A stretch of 62,337 nucleotides of DNA, filler included. It is 9 parts of 9 records of this genome, joined end to end, with 100 filler letters (N's around TTAATTAATTAA, not from the genome) between each part and the next. Parts side by side here need not be neighbours in the genome. Positions count along the whole stretch, not along the records: positions 39,824 to 44,983 come from SRR31147125_18019; positions 45,084 to 56,529 come from SRR31147125_18023; 7 more parts are not named here. One strand, written 5' to 3'. This document shows, in pieces, positions 42,706 through 51,453 of this stretch (the first letter of the stretch is position 1; each line of letters opens with the position of its first letter). Both the position numbers and the translations under genes were made by a program. The notes under the pieces were generated by a model. The model had not been told where the DNA came from and did not search any database. It saw only the letters and a list, made by a program, of their open reading frames with translations.

Positions 42706-43773
42706 ATGAAAGCTTCAACACAAGCAGAGAGCCGTCCATATTATTTAAATTGGGAGATTCAAAAAGCTGCAGAAAAAATGTTGAGAGAGATTTTATTAGT
42801 TAAAGAAGGTGAAACGGTGTTAATTACATGTGATACGACTAATGATGACAGAGTAATTAATGCAACAGCTAGTGCTGCATTAACAATGGGAGCTTACCCA
42901 ATTATTATGCAATTTCCAGCTAGTTTAGAGCAAACAATTATGATTGAGCCAACAAAACCAGTATTGGAAGCTATCAAAGCCGCTGATGTTTGGATTGAAT
43001 ATGATTATCAACTATTTTATACAAGAGGATGGAAACAGGCTATGGATGCTGGAACACGTCAAATTACGGCAGCAGCTATGGATATAGACATGTTAATCAA
43101 TGTTATTGGTAGATTTGATCATAAAAAAATAGTTGAGCTTGGAGAAAGACTTGTTGTTCTGCATAATAATGCAAAAGAGATGAGAATTACTTCTCCAGCA
43201 GGTACTGATCTTACATTTAGCTGTGAAGGAAGAGAGTGTACACAAAGTGGTACTTATGCAGAGCCTGGTACATCGGTAATGCTGAGTGGACAAACTTCAA
43301 TGTGTGCTGTTGAAGAAACAATCAATGGAACAATTGTATTTGATGGTGGATTGTTCCCGCCTCAAGAGATTGGAAAACAGGTTAACCCTGTAAAACTAAC
43401 TATTGAAAAGGGAATTTGTACAAAAATTGAAGGTGAAGGCAGAGAAGCTCATTTGTTTGAAAAATGGATGGCTAAGTGGGATGATGAGAAAATGTACTGG
43501 TTAGCACATATTTCATGTGGATTTAACCCAGGAATCCCTGAGCCAACAGGTCGTATTGAAGAAGATGAGCGTATTTTTGGATGTTGTGAAATTGGATTTG
43601 GAACACAAGGCGAAGGACTTGGTGGAAAAAGCTGGGTTGCAGCAAATCACACAGATGGTATTATACTGAATCCTTCTATTTACTGTGATGGTGTTGCGAT
43701 TGAGAAAGACGGTTTTTATGTAGATGAAGAACTTATAAAAATTTGTAGAGAACTAGGAGTGGCAGGATACTAA
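42706..43773 (+). CDS. M29-like (thermophilic metalloprotease fold) leucyl-aminopeptidase-like protein
   Basis: RITSPAGTDLTF, EETINGTIVFDG, AHISCGFNP, EEDERIFGC, ANHTDGIILNPSIYCDG. Confidence 0.75.
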   Translation: MKASTQAESRPYYLNWEIQKAAEKMLREILLVKEGETVLITCDTTNDDRVINATASAALTMGAYPIIMQFPASLEQTIMIEPTKPVLEAIKAADVWIEYDYQLFYTRGWKQAMDAGTRQITAAAMDIDMLINVIGRFDHKKIVELGERLVVLHNNAKEMRITSPAGTDLTFSCEGRECTQSGTYAEPGTSVMLSGQTSMCAVEETINGTIVFDGGLFPPQEIGKQVNPVKLTIEKGICTKIEGEGREAHLFEKWMAKWDDEKMYWLAHISCGFNPGIPEPTGRIEEDERIFGCCEIGFGTQGEGLGGKSWVAANHTDGIILNPSIYCDGVAIEKDGFYVDEELIKICRELGVAGY

Positions 43774-43776
43774 ATC

Positions 43777-44983
43777 ATGAAATTGATGTTGAAGGAGATA
43801 TCAGCGAAAGTTGAGACGCTGACTGATGAGCTTTTTGAGTCTATAGCTCAGCAGATAACATTTAATAGCGTTGAGAGTGACCCAAAACCAAATATGCCTT
43901 TTGGTGTTGAAGTTGACAAGGCATTACAACATGTTTTGAAAGTAGCAAAGGATATGGGTTTTACGACTTATAATCATAACGGATATGTTGGAACGATAGA
44001 ATGGGGTGATGGTGATGAGATATTAGGCATATTGTCGCATATTGACATTGTTCCAGCAGGAGATTTAGATTCATGGGATTCACCACCTTTTGTTATGACT
44101 GAAAGGAATGGATATTTATATGGTAGAGGAATTGCTGATGATAAAGGGCCTTTGATGTCGGTTTTATATGGTATGTATGCTTTGAAGCAAACAGGCTATC
44201 TCCCAAACAAAAAGGTAAAAATCATTGTTGGTACAAATGAAGAAACAGGTTGGGGAGGTATCAAGTATTATAAGGAAAGATTTGATGAGCCAAATATAAG
44301 CTTTTCTCCAGACGGTATGTTTACTGTTGTGAATAGAGAAAAAGGTATATGTTCAGCGAGTTTTGAGAAAAAAGTAGTTTTACAAAGTATTGAGATAAAT
44401 GGGGGAGAAGCTAAAAATCTTGTTCCAGCTAAAGCCAAAGCAATTTTGGCGGATAGTTTAAAATCATCAGTGCTGAAAATAGATAATTCAAAACGTATAG
44501 AAGATACATCGATAGAAATTATAGAAAAAGATAATAGCATAGAAATTAACGCTGTTGGGAAAAAATGCACCATCACATTCTCCGGCTTCTGGTGCTTCGG
44601 CAATTATTGCATTATTAAAAGTATTGAAAGATTGTGAGAATATTAATGAAGCATTAAGAGAAGATTTTAAGAATCTATATAATGCTTTTGAGCAGTATGA
44701 TGGGCAAGCACTTGGGATAAAGTGCAGCGATGAGATTTCGGGAAGCTTGACACATAATCTTGGTATTATCAGCCTAGTAGACGATAAGTTAACTATAGAG
44801 ATTGATATAAGATGTCCAGTTACAAAATCGATACAAGAGTTATCTGATAAAGTACTTATTTGGATGCAAGAAAATGGGTTTAGGTTAGTTGAAAAAATGA
44901 TAAAAAACCCGTTATACGTACCAGAAGATTATGAGCTTATTAAAGATTTATCCGAAGTGTATGAACAAGTTACAGGAGAAAAA
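43777..44983 (+). CDS. M20 Sapep/PepV-family dipeptidase (frameshift in A-run near 44560; 3'-partial)
   Basis: LSHIDIVPAG, YGRGIADDKGP, GTNEETGW, FSPDG; continues GKNAPSHSP in ORF 44555+. Confidence 0.9.
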
Positions 44984-45083
44984 NNNNNNNNNNNNNNNNN
45001 NNNNNNNNNNNNNNNNNNNNNNNNNNNTTAATTAATTAANNNNNNNNNNNNNNNNNNNNNNNNNNNNNNNNNNNNNNNNNNNN
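44984..45083. other. Artificial contig spacer
   Basis: N44-TTAATTAATTAA-N44. Confidence 0.99.
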
Positions 45084-45089
45084 AAAAAA

Positions 45090-45251
45090 CCGGCATGCCC
45101 GTGGTTTACTTTTCGCCAATCCATTGCCGCTGTTTCTAATCAAGCGGGTTTTCTCAGCTCCTTGGGGGACCTGATGTGACCTGATGCTTTTTCGATTCAG
45201 TGGTTATGAATGGGAAGACATGGCTTCTGGCGCTAAACCCGGGCATGCCGG
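45090..45251. ncRNA. Candidate structured RNA / long imperfect fold-back element (about 160 nt)
   Basis: CCGGCATGCCCG/CGGGCATGCCGG perfect 12-bp closing stem with nested pairings GGTTTA/TAAACC, CGCCA/TGGCG, CCATT/AATGG, CCGCTG/CAGTGG, TCAG/CTGA. Confidence 0.5.
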
Positions 45252-45368
45252 AGGAGTAATTATCATTTGTTTCTTCTGTTATTATTATAACAAATTGTTG
45301 AAATGTTATTCTGGTTGAACGCTTTTCATTGATTCGTCCACCGGTACAAGCAATGAATTGGAGGAAAA

Positions 45369-45869
45369 TCACTCCCGAACGTAAGTGTCAACGTCAGTTT
45401 CATGAACCATCTTCATTAGTCGGGTGTATTCCGATTCAATGACTTCATAATGATTGTGAGTTGACTCCGCGTTCATCTTATAGATTGCTTTTGCTGTAGG
45501 GTCGATAACCCTTTCACACATCTGTCTGAGGTGTTCCTCAAGTTCCTGTTCCCTTTTCATGGCCAGTTCCAGCGCATGACGTTCATCAAAGCCGAGTTCC
45601 TGAATCATTTCTTCCAGATCCTTGATCCATTCCAACCCTTTGTCAGGAGGAGTATCTATGAAATTATCAAAGCTGCCGATATCTCCTCCCCTGTAAATGT
45701 CAAAAAAGGATCTGGCATGCTCTCTTTCCTCTGAGGCCAAAAGTTCAAATACCCTTCTAACTTCAGTATCCTTTGCCTTCTCGGCAGCAATCCGGTAGAA
45801 GTCCATGGCGTTTTTTTCCGTATGGAGTGAGTTATTGATTGCTTTGTTCAAATATTCATTGCCGGACAT
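45369..45869 (-). CDS. Ferritin-like / rubrerythrin-domain di-iron protein
   Basis: EKNAMDFY, EEREH, second half-repeat ALELAMKREQE...HY; SD AGGAG. Confidence 0.88.
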   Translation of the reverse strand: MSGNEYLNKAINNSLHTEKNAMDFYRIAAEKAKDTEVRRVFELLASEEREHARSFFDIYRGGDIGSFDNFIDTPPDKGLEWIKDLEEMIQELGFDERHALELAMKREQELEEHLRQMCERVIDPTAKAIYKMNAESTHNHYEVIESEYTRLMKMVHETDVDTYVRE

Positions 45870-46229
45870 TTGCAACTCCTTCCTGAAAAATAAAACTGCA
45901 AGATGAAAAGGGCGTAATCAGTAACCCCTTTTAGAAATCTGTTTTCCTCTAATTTTACAGGATTATGAAGGATTTTCACCAATGTCGATGAAATAAATTT
46001 GATGCCATAAGTCCTGGATCTGCTGAAGTGAAATTTGTTTTTACAAAATCTTATCAATTTTGAATTTTTGAAAAAGACGGAGTTTTGTTCTTGATAATGA
46101 GATTAGGATTATACAGGTCAAAAAGTGAGCAGCGGTTGTGACAAAAAATGTCACTTTTGGAGATAAACTAAAGAACTCATTTAAACAGGGAGTACCGGGG
46201 ATGTTTTGGCTTTGAACTCAAGACGTGGC

Positions 46230-46259
46230 AAAAAAAAGGCCCCGTTAACTAACGAGGCC
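46230..46259 (-). terminator. Rho-independent terminator (minus strand)
   Basis: GGCCTCGTT-AGTT-AACGGGGCC-TTTTTTTT on the minus strand, with no recognisable protein gene immediately upstream. Confidence 0.88.
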
Positions 46260-46471
46260 AAAAATGAGGAGGAGGAAGATGAGGTTTTTGCTTTTCCGTA
46301 TGCATGCTGGTCCTTTTGAATGACTCACTGGTTTTTTAAAGCTGGTCTCTGAAAAACGCTTTAGGCTTCCCACTCAAGGTGGGCCTGCTCACCACGTATT
46401 TACGCGAGATATGCTTGAACTGTAATGTTAGTGAGTAACTTTTCAAAAAGACCATCATGCAAGTTGGTTAT
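46230..46471 (-). ncRNA. Candidate sigma54-dependent small RNA (about 240 nt)
   Basis: Bounded by a -24/-12 promoter and an intrinsic terminator; contains a 160-nt fold-back (46301-46461) and a CTTCCTCCTCCTCA tract. Confidence 0.65.
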
Positions 46472-46481
46472 CTGGTTAATA

Positions 46482-46497
46482 TGCTAAGTATGTGCCA
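46482..46497 (-). promoter_or_regulatory. Sigma54 (-24/-12) promoter
   Basis: TGGCAC-ATACT-TAGCA with exact GG-N10-GC spacing. Confidence 0.75.
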
Positions 46498-46996
46498 AGA
46501 CGATAAAAAAATAGAAAAATTGATTTGAAGGTTTTTAAGCCAGGTTGCTTTGGGACCGGAGAGTTATTTACGGCACAAAAATATTTATCAAGGAAGGCTG
46601 TGGTGACTTTAAAAAGTCAAACTTGTGTCGGAATTGAGTGCCTTTGACAGTGTTTCAAAATTTCATAAAAGAAGTCCCCTTTTTTCAAATACATTGTTCG
46701 AAATAGCCTTCATTTTTCTTCGGAATTTATTGAACCAACTGTCATACTCATGACTTTTTTTGTGGGCGATTAATCCATGATCTGATTTTTGGGTTGTTTG
46801 TGGATGCCATAGCCAATTTTCTACTTCCTTCCTCCATGGCTTGTTGTTAAAAGATCCAATGTTAAAATTTATCTCGGATCCTTAATTTAGAAAAAAAATT
46901 GATGGTTTGTTTTACAGAGGATTATTCACCTTCCAGTTGCGAGCCTCTGGATTGATTCCAGCGACCAATATTTCAGCACGTTGGAGAGGTTTTCCC

Positions 46997-47560
46997 ATGT
47001 CGAAGTCTTACAGAGATGCTCTAGCTTTTCACGGCCACAACTGTCCTGGCCTGGCCATGGGTTACCGTATGGCAACTGCGGCTCTGGACTTTCTGCAAGA
47101 ACTTCACGCGGTAGATGAAGAAATCGTCGCGATTACAGAAAACGATGCTTGCGGGGTTGATTCCCTTCAGTGTGTCACCGGATGTACTTTCGGAAAAGGC
47201 AATCTGATTTTCCGGGATTATGGCAAACATACATATACTATTTTTTCCCGTGCGACGGGCAGGGGTGTTCGTGTGCATTTTCATGGGCAGGGTATACCGG
47301 AAAAGATTCGGGAGGACCGGGACGCTCTTTTGGACTGGATTCTTAATGCACCTGTGGAAAAAATCCTTTCTCTGCGGGAGGTCGAAACGGAGCCTCCTGA
47401 AAAGGCCAGAATTCGTAGTTCTCTCACTTGTGAGTTTTGTGGAGAAAAGGTCATGGAAAATCGCACCCGGGTAGTGAATGGTAAGACGTCCTGTATCCCC
47501 TGTACTTTTGACGTCCCGGTGCACTGGTCCGGTTTCTGCTCGTCCAAGCGGACCTCCTGA
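46997..47560 (+). CDS. fmdE: FmdE-family protein with C-terminal zinc finger
   Basis: FHGHNCPGLAMG, ENDACGVD, GCTFGKGNL, CEFCGE...CIPC. Confidence 0.9.
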   Translation: MSKSYRDALAFHGHNCPGLAMGYRMATAALDFLQELHAVDEEIVAITENDACGVDSLQCVTGCTFGKGNLIFRDYGKHTYTIFSRATGRGVRVHFHGQGIPEKIREDRDALLDWILNAPVEKILSLREVETEPPEKARIRSSLTCEFCGEKVMENRTRVVNGKTSCIPCTFDVPVHWSGFCSSKRTS

Positions 47561-47643
47561 AGGGGAGCCGATCCGGTGGATGGTTTCGCGGCGTTTGTTA
47601 TTGCGGCAAATGTTGTCGAACGTTTCCCAAAAAAGGATAGATT

Positions 47644-48309
47644 ATGGAGTCAGGTGAAATAACTGTATTCATATTTGATGTCAATGGGGTATTGATTGAC
47701 TCCAATGCCGCCAATGCGGAGGCTATGGGAAAAGCTTTTACGGCTGACCCCTTGCTGCAACGCAGGGTTGCAGAACATTATCTCCAGTTGACGGGAATTG
47801 ATCGTGGCAGCAAAATTCGCAACATTCAGGAAAACCTGATCAGGCGCCCGTTTGCTGAAAACGAGTTTGACCAGCGTTGGGAACGCTTCAAAAAGCTCTC
47901 CCGGGAAACGATGCTGAAAGCCCCCTTGGGGGCCGGGGCTAAAGAGGTCTTAACACAATTGGGGAACATGGGGAGCATCCGGGTCGCTTTGTCCAATACC
48001 CCACCTGACGAGTTGGAAGAAATCCTGAAGGGGCATGGCCTGGATCAATATCTTGAAATTATCCGTGGTGGCGGGAACTGGCCCAAATCCGAATCTTTGA
48101 TTCGTTTACTGGAGGAGTTTCAATTCAGGCCTGAAAATTGTTTTTTCATGGCGGATGGTATGGGCGATCTCATGGCGGCCAGGGCGGCTGGTGTCCCCTT
48201 TGGTGCCATAGATCCCGATACCGGGGAGTTTGACGGCGAAAGTGGGTTCGAAGGCCCTTACCAAAACCTGGCGGAATGGGGACGAAAGGAGCTGGGCTTG
48301 GATATCTGA
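47644..48309 (+). CDS. HAD-superfamily hydrolase
   Basis: FDVNGVLIDSN motif I, LSN motif II, K, DGMGD motif IV. Confidence 0.85.
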   Translation: MESGEITVFIFDVNGVLIDSNAANAEAMGKAFTADPLLQRRVAEHYLQLTGIDRGSKIRNIQENLIRRPFAENEFDQRWERFKKLSRETMLKAPLGAGAKEVLTQLGNMGSIRVALSNTPPDELEEILKGHGLDQYLEIIRGGGNWPKSESLIRLLEEFQFRPENCFFMADGMGDLMAARAAGVPFGAIDPDTGEFDGESGFEGPYQNLAEWGRKELGLDI

Positions 48310-48359
48310 AGGAACTGATGGTCGGCCAATCTGTACTATGGCTCTCTTTTGAGTGGTAT

Positions 48360-48833
48360 TCAGGTTTCCGGGCTTTGACAGACATCGACTTCGGCACCTT
48401 TGGTGATTTCTTGAAGTTGGGCAAAGGTGATCGGTACGGCTGAATGGTCATTTCCAGCGGCAGCATAGACCCTGGGGAAGCGCCGCATGGACGAGTCAAG
48501 CAGGACCTTCAGCTCGTCCGGCAGAAGAAACGGACAAACACCACCGGGAACGTATCCGGTGTGGCATTCCACTTCGTTCGGCCCCGGGAGCCGGACTTTG
48601 CCGGTTAACTGAGCAGCTCGTTTAAGTTTTGATGTGTTGATTTTGACATCGCCACAGGAAACAACAACAATGGGTGTTTTTCCAATTAAAAAAAGAATGG
48701 TCTTGGCAATTTCAGCAACTTCGCAGCCCACGGCCAAAGCAGCCTTCTGCGACGTGGGGGTCGGATCCGTAAATTCCCAGACTTCAATTTTCCTGGCAAC
48801 GAGATAGGATTTGATTTCCTCAATAGAAGGCAT
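48360..48833 (-). CDS. YbaK/EbsC-family aminoacyl-tRNA deacylase-like protein
   Basis: IAKTILF, TGYVPGGVCPF, VYAAAG. Confidence 0.9.
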   Translation of the reverse strand: MPSIEEIKSYLVARKIEVWEFTDPTPTSQKAALAVGCEVAEIAKTILFLIGKTPIVVVSCGDVKINTSKLKRAAQLTGKVRLPGPNEVECHTGYVPGGVCPFLLPDELKVLLDSSMRRFPRVYAAAGNDHSAVPITFAQLQEITKGAEVDVCQSPET

Positions 48834-49065
48834 TTTTTCCTGACGGTTATCAATTAGGTGGTGGCGCCTGTTTCAAATACCACAAATGAGATCAATATGC
48901 CACTGGAACCGGGGTGGACCAGTTAACCACTTTTCAGTAAAAGTTTAAGGTCTTCTTTCCCATTATTTTTTGCATATAGGAGGAGGCCTGTAGTATAAAA
49001 GGGACAAAAAAAGTAGGATGTCAGATCTCAACCCGTAGGGGTGGAAATAAAAAAGGAGAAAATAA

Positions 49066-49494
49066 ATGAAAGAAGCAAAAAAGGGCGATACTGTAAAATT
49101 GGAGTATACGGGAAAATACGAAGATGATTCGATCTTTGACAGTTCTGCCGACCATGACAAACCTCTTGAGTTTGTTCTGGGTGAGAAGACGATGATCCCG
49201 GCTTTTGAAAGGGCTGTTTATGGAATGAAGGAAGGTGAGACCAAGAATATTGTGGTTCATCCGGATGAAGGCTATGGACCTTACCGCCAGGAGTTGATTG
49301 TTACTCTGAATCGGAAGGATCTGCCTCCGGAAATGGAACTTAAAGCCGATCAATTTCTTGAGTGGCAGCAGCCTGATGGCAAGACCGGTCTCGCTAAAAT
49401 TCTGCAGGTTACCGATGAACAGGTCAAAGTTGATACCAACCATCCGATGGCCGGTAAAAAACTTTTTGAGTTGAAAGTGCTGACAATAGAATAA
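49066..49494 (+). CDS. FKBP-type peptidyl-prolyl isomerase (SlyD/FkpB-like)
   Basis: GDTVKLEYTG, FDSS, MIPAFE, VDTNHPMAGK. Confidence 0.92.
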   Translation: MKEAKKGDTVKLEYTGKYEDDSIFDSSADHDKPLEFVLGEKTMIPAFERAVYGMKEGETKNIVVHPDEGYGPYRQELIVTLNRKDLPPEMELKADQFLEWQQPDGKTGLAKILQVTDEQVKVDTNHPMAGKKLFELKVLTIE

Positions 49495-49522
49495 TGCCCG
49501 ATGGTTGGCGCTGGAAAATGAT

Positions 49523-49556
49523 GCGGGGAATCCTAGTCGGATATCCCCGCTTTTTT
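49523..49556 (+). terminator. Rho-independent terminator
   Basis: GCGGGGA...TCCCCGC-TTTTTT. Confidence 0.75.
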
Positions 49557-49613
49557 GTTTTTGCTTTGGCATGAGCTGAAAAAAGGACAGGACGATGTTA
49601 CTAGGATGCGGGA

Positions 49614-50411
49614 TTAAGGGTCATTTCTTTCAGTTTTACCCCAGAGTTTTAATTGCCGGGTGATGAAAGTGATGACCTCTTCGTGTTCTTTCTGACCATT
49701 ACCTTGGACGACCAGAGGCTCCCCGAACTCGAAAAAGACCTTTTTCCGTGGGTCAATTTTTCCAAAATCTTTGAAACGGCCCGCGCCGTTGCCCCAAGCG
49801 TCGGATTTGATAGCAACGGGAATCACGGGACAACCGGATTTTTTGGCTAATTTAATCCCGATACTGTTGAATTGCCCGGGATCAAATTCTGTTGTCCGCG
49901 TAGTCTGGGGGAATATAACCACGGAGAGACCATGGTCCAACTTTTGTTTTCCACCCTGAAGTGTGGTCTTCAGGTCTTCTCTTGGATTGGTTCTGGAAAC
50001 GCATATGGGGTCGCGGGAAATCATAACGTGCTTGAACAGAGGATAAGTCACCAGGTCTTTTTTTATCACAAAAGTATGGCGTTTGAATGGAAGAATAATG
50101 CCGGGCAGGAGAAAAGTTTCCAGGGTGCTCATGTGGTTTCCGACAAAAATGCAGGGTCCTTCCAGTGAAAGAACGTTTTTAAAACCGTTGATGCTGATCT
50201 TGACGCCCAAATCTTCCAGTGCACTCAAGGTTTCCCTGCTGCTTCCTGCCCAATCTGCATCTGAATAGGCCCCCTTTTTTGCTTTTTGCGCAGCCCTGAA
50301 AACAATAGAAAACAAGCGGAGATAGAAAAAAAAGCCGGGAAACATTTTAAATAGGAAATTTATTTTCCTTATTGACGTTTGGTAAAAACCTTTTTCCAGA
50401 TGAAGGTCCAT
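49614..50411 (-). CDS. Lysophospholipid / 1-acyl-sn-glycerol-3-phosphate acyltransferase family protein
   Basis: GNHMSTLE, FVIKKDL, VIFPQTTR, VIPVAI. Confidence 0.9.
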   Translation of the reverse strand: MDLHLEKGFYQTSIRKINFLFKMFPGFFFYLRLFSIVFRAAQKAKKGAYSDADWAGSSRETLSALEDLGVKISINGFKNVLSLEGPCIFVGNHMSTLETFLLPGIILPFKRHTFVIKKDLVTYPLFKHVMISRDPICVSRTNPREDLKTTLQGGKQKLDHGLSVVIFPQTTRTTEFDPGQFNSIGIKLAKKSGCPVIPVAIKSDAWGNGAGRFKDFGKIDPRKKVFFEFGEPLVVQGNGQKEHEEVITFITRQLKLWGKTERNDP

Positions 50412-50587
50412 TGAAACTTGTCTCCAGGTTTTTTGCGTGTCACATGGGGAAATGCATTAAAAATGAACGGGGGTGGAACATATCATCAAAAAGCTTCCGG
50501 GAAATTCTAAAATTTTTCCGGAAAAACTTAAATACATTATTTTCCCTGAAAGCAGGAAAAGAGCCTTTTCTGAGATGAAGGGTCTGC

Positions 50588-51124
50588 TCATTTTGGTTTC
50601 AAGGAATCAAGCATAAACAGTACGGCCGCCTTTACCTCGGCATCCGACAAATTCGGGTTGCCACCCTTGGGTGGCATGACCCCTTTGCTTCCCTGGAAAC
50701 CTTGCAAGGCGTTTTTGACCAGATTTTCCTCTCCTTTGGCGATGCGGCTGGTCCATTCTTGCTTTGCGCCAAGCAATGGGGCTCCGGCAACGCCATGCTC
50801 GTGGCAAAGAGCACAGCTTTGTAGATAGACTTTTTCGCCTAAAAACAGATCGTTCGTATTTTTTGATTCCAGAATTGCCGTGGGCAAGTCTGCCCCTGCA
50901 GGGGAGGCAAGCGGCGATTCTTTTTTTGCCGTAGTGGGTGGGGTGGGGCGAGTCTGTCCGAGAATTTTTTCCACCTGCTTTTGCGGGGTATCAGAGGCCA
51001 AGCTGTACCGCCCTCTGGTGTTTAAATCTTCTTTTATCTCCTGGCTGACATTTTTGTTGTCACAGCCTGAAGAAAGAAATACCAAGAAAAAAAGAATAAC
51101 CAGAATTTGGGTAAGATATTTCAT
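50588..51124 (-). CDS. Lipoprotein cytochrome c5-type monoheme cytochrome
   Basis: Lipobox LSSGC; CALCH; GVAGAP; MPPKGG axial Met. Confidence 0.92.
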   Translation of the reverse strand: MKYLTQILVILFFLVFLSSGCDNKNVSQEIKEDLNTRGRYSLASDTPQKQVEKILGQTRPTPPTTAKKESPLASPAGADLPTAILESKNTNDLFLGEKVYLQSCALCHEHGVAGAPLLGAKQEWTSRIAKGEENLVKNALQGFQGSKGVMPPKGGNPNLSDAEVKAAVLFMLDSLKPK

Positions 51125-51453
51125 GCTCCCTCTCGGAAAAACTACTCGTATCTATAGTAATTATCTCAGCCGTATAATGAAGAAAATGTAAAGGCCCAAT
51201 AAGTCTGGAACATTTTGTTAAATAACATTTTCTTGTTTGGCAGGATTTTTGAACATAAAAATGATAGCAAAGAAATCATTATCCCAAAAAATGCAAAACC
51301 TTCGAGTTGATTTTTTCTAGTAGATTATTGACTATATGAAAATGACTCTTTTGCCACCAGAAAAAGCAATATTTAAAATCTGAAGTCTCAGAGCGTAAGC
51401 GATGAAGTGAATTTTTATAGCCAAATGAGTCAAATTTCTCAGAATATAAAGGA

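Noticed and set aside
46279-46323. 14-aa plus-strand ORF MRFLLFRMHAGPFE behind GAGGAGGAGGAAG, as a type I toxin or leader peptide
   Set aside because: Very short, SD-start spacing is poor, and promoter and terminator both point to the minus strand; not fully excluded
51238-51253. Sigma54-like TGGCAGGATTTTTGAA upstream of the HDOD-GGDEF gene
   Set aside because: Has GA rather than the conserved GC at -12; insufficient support
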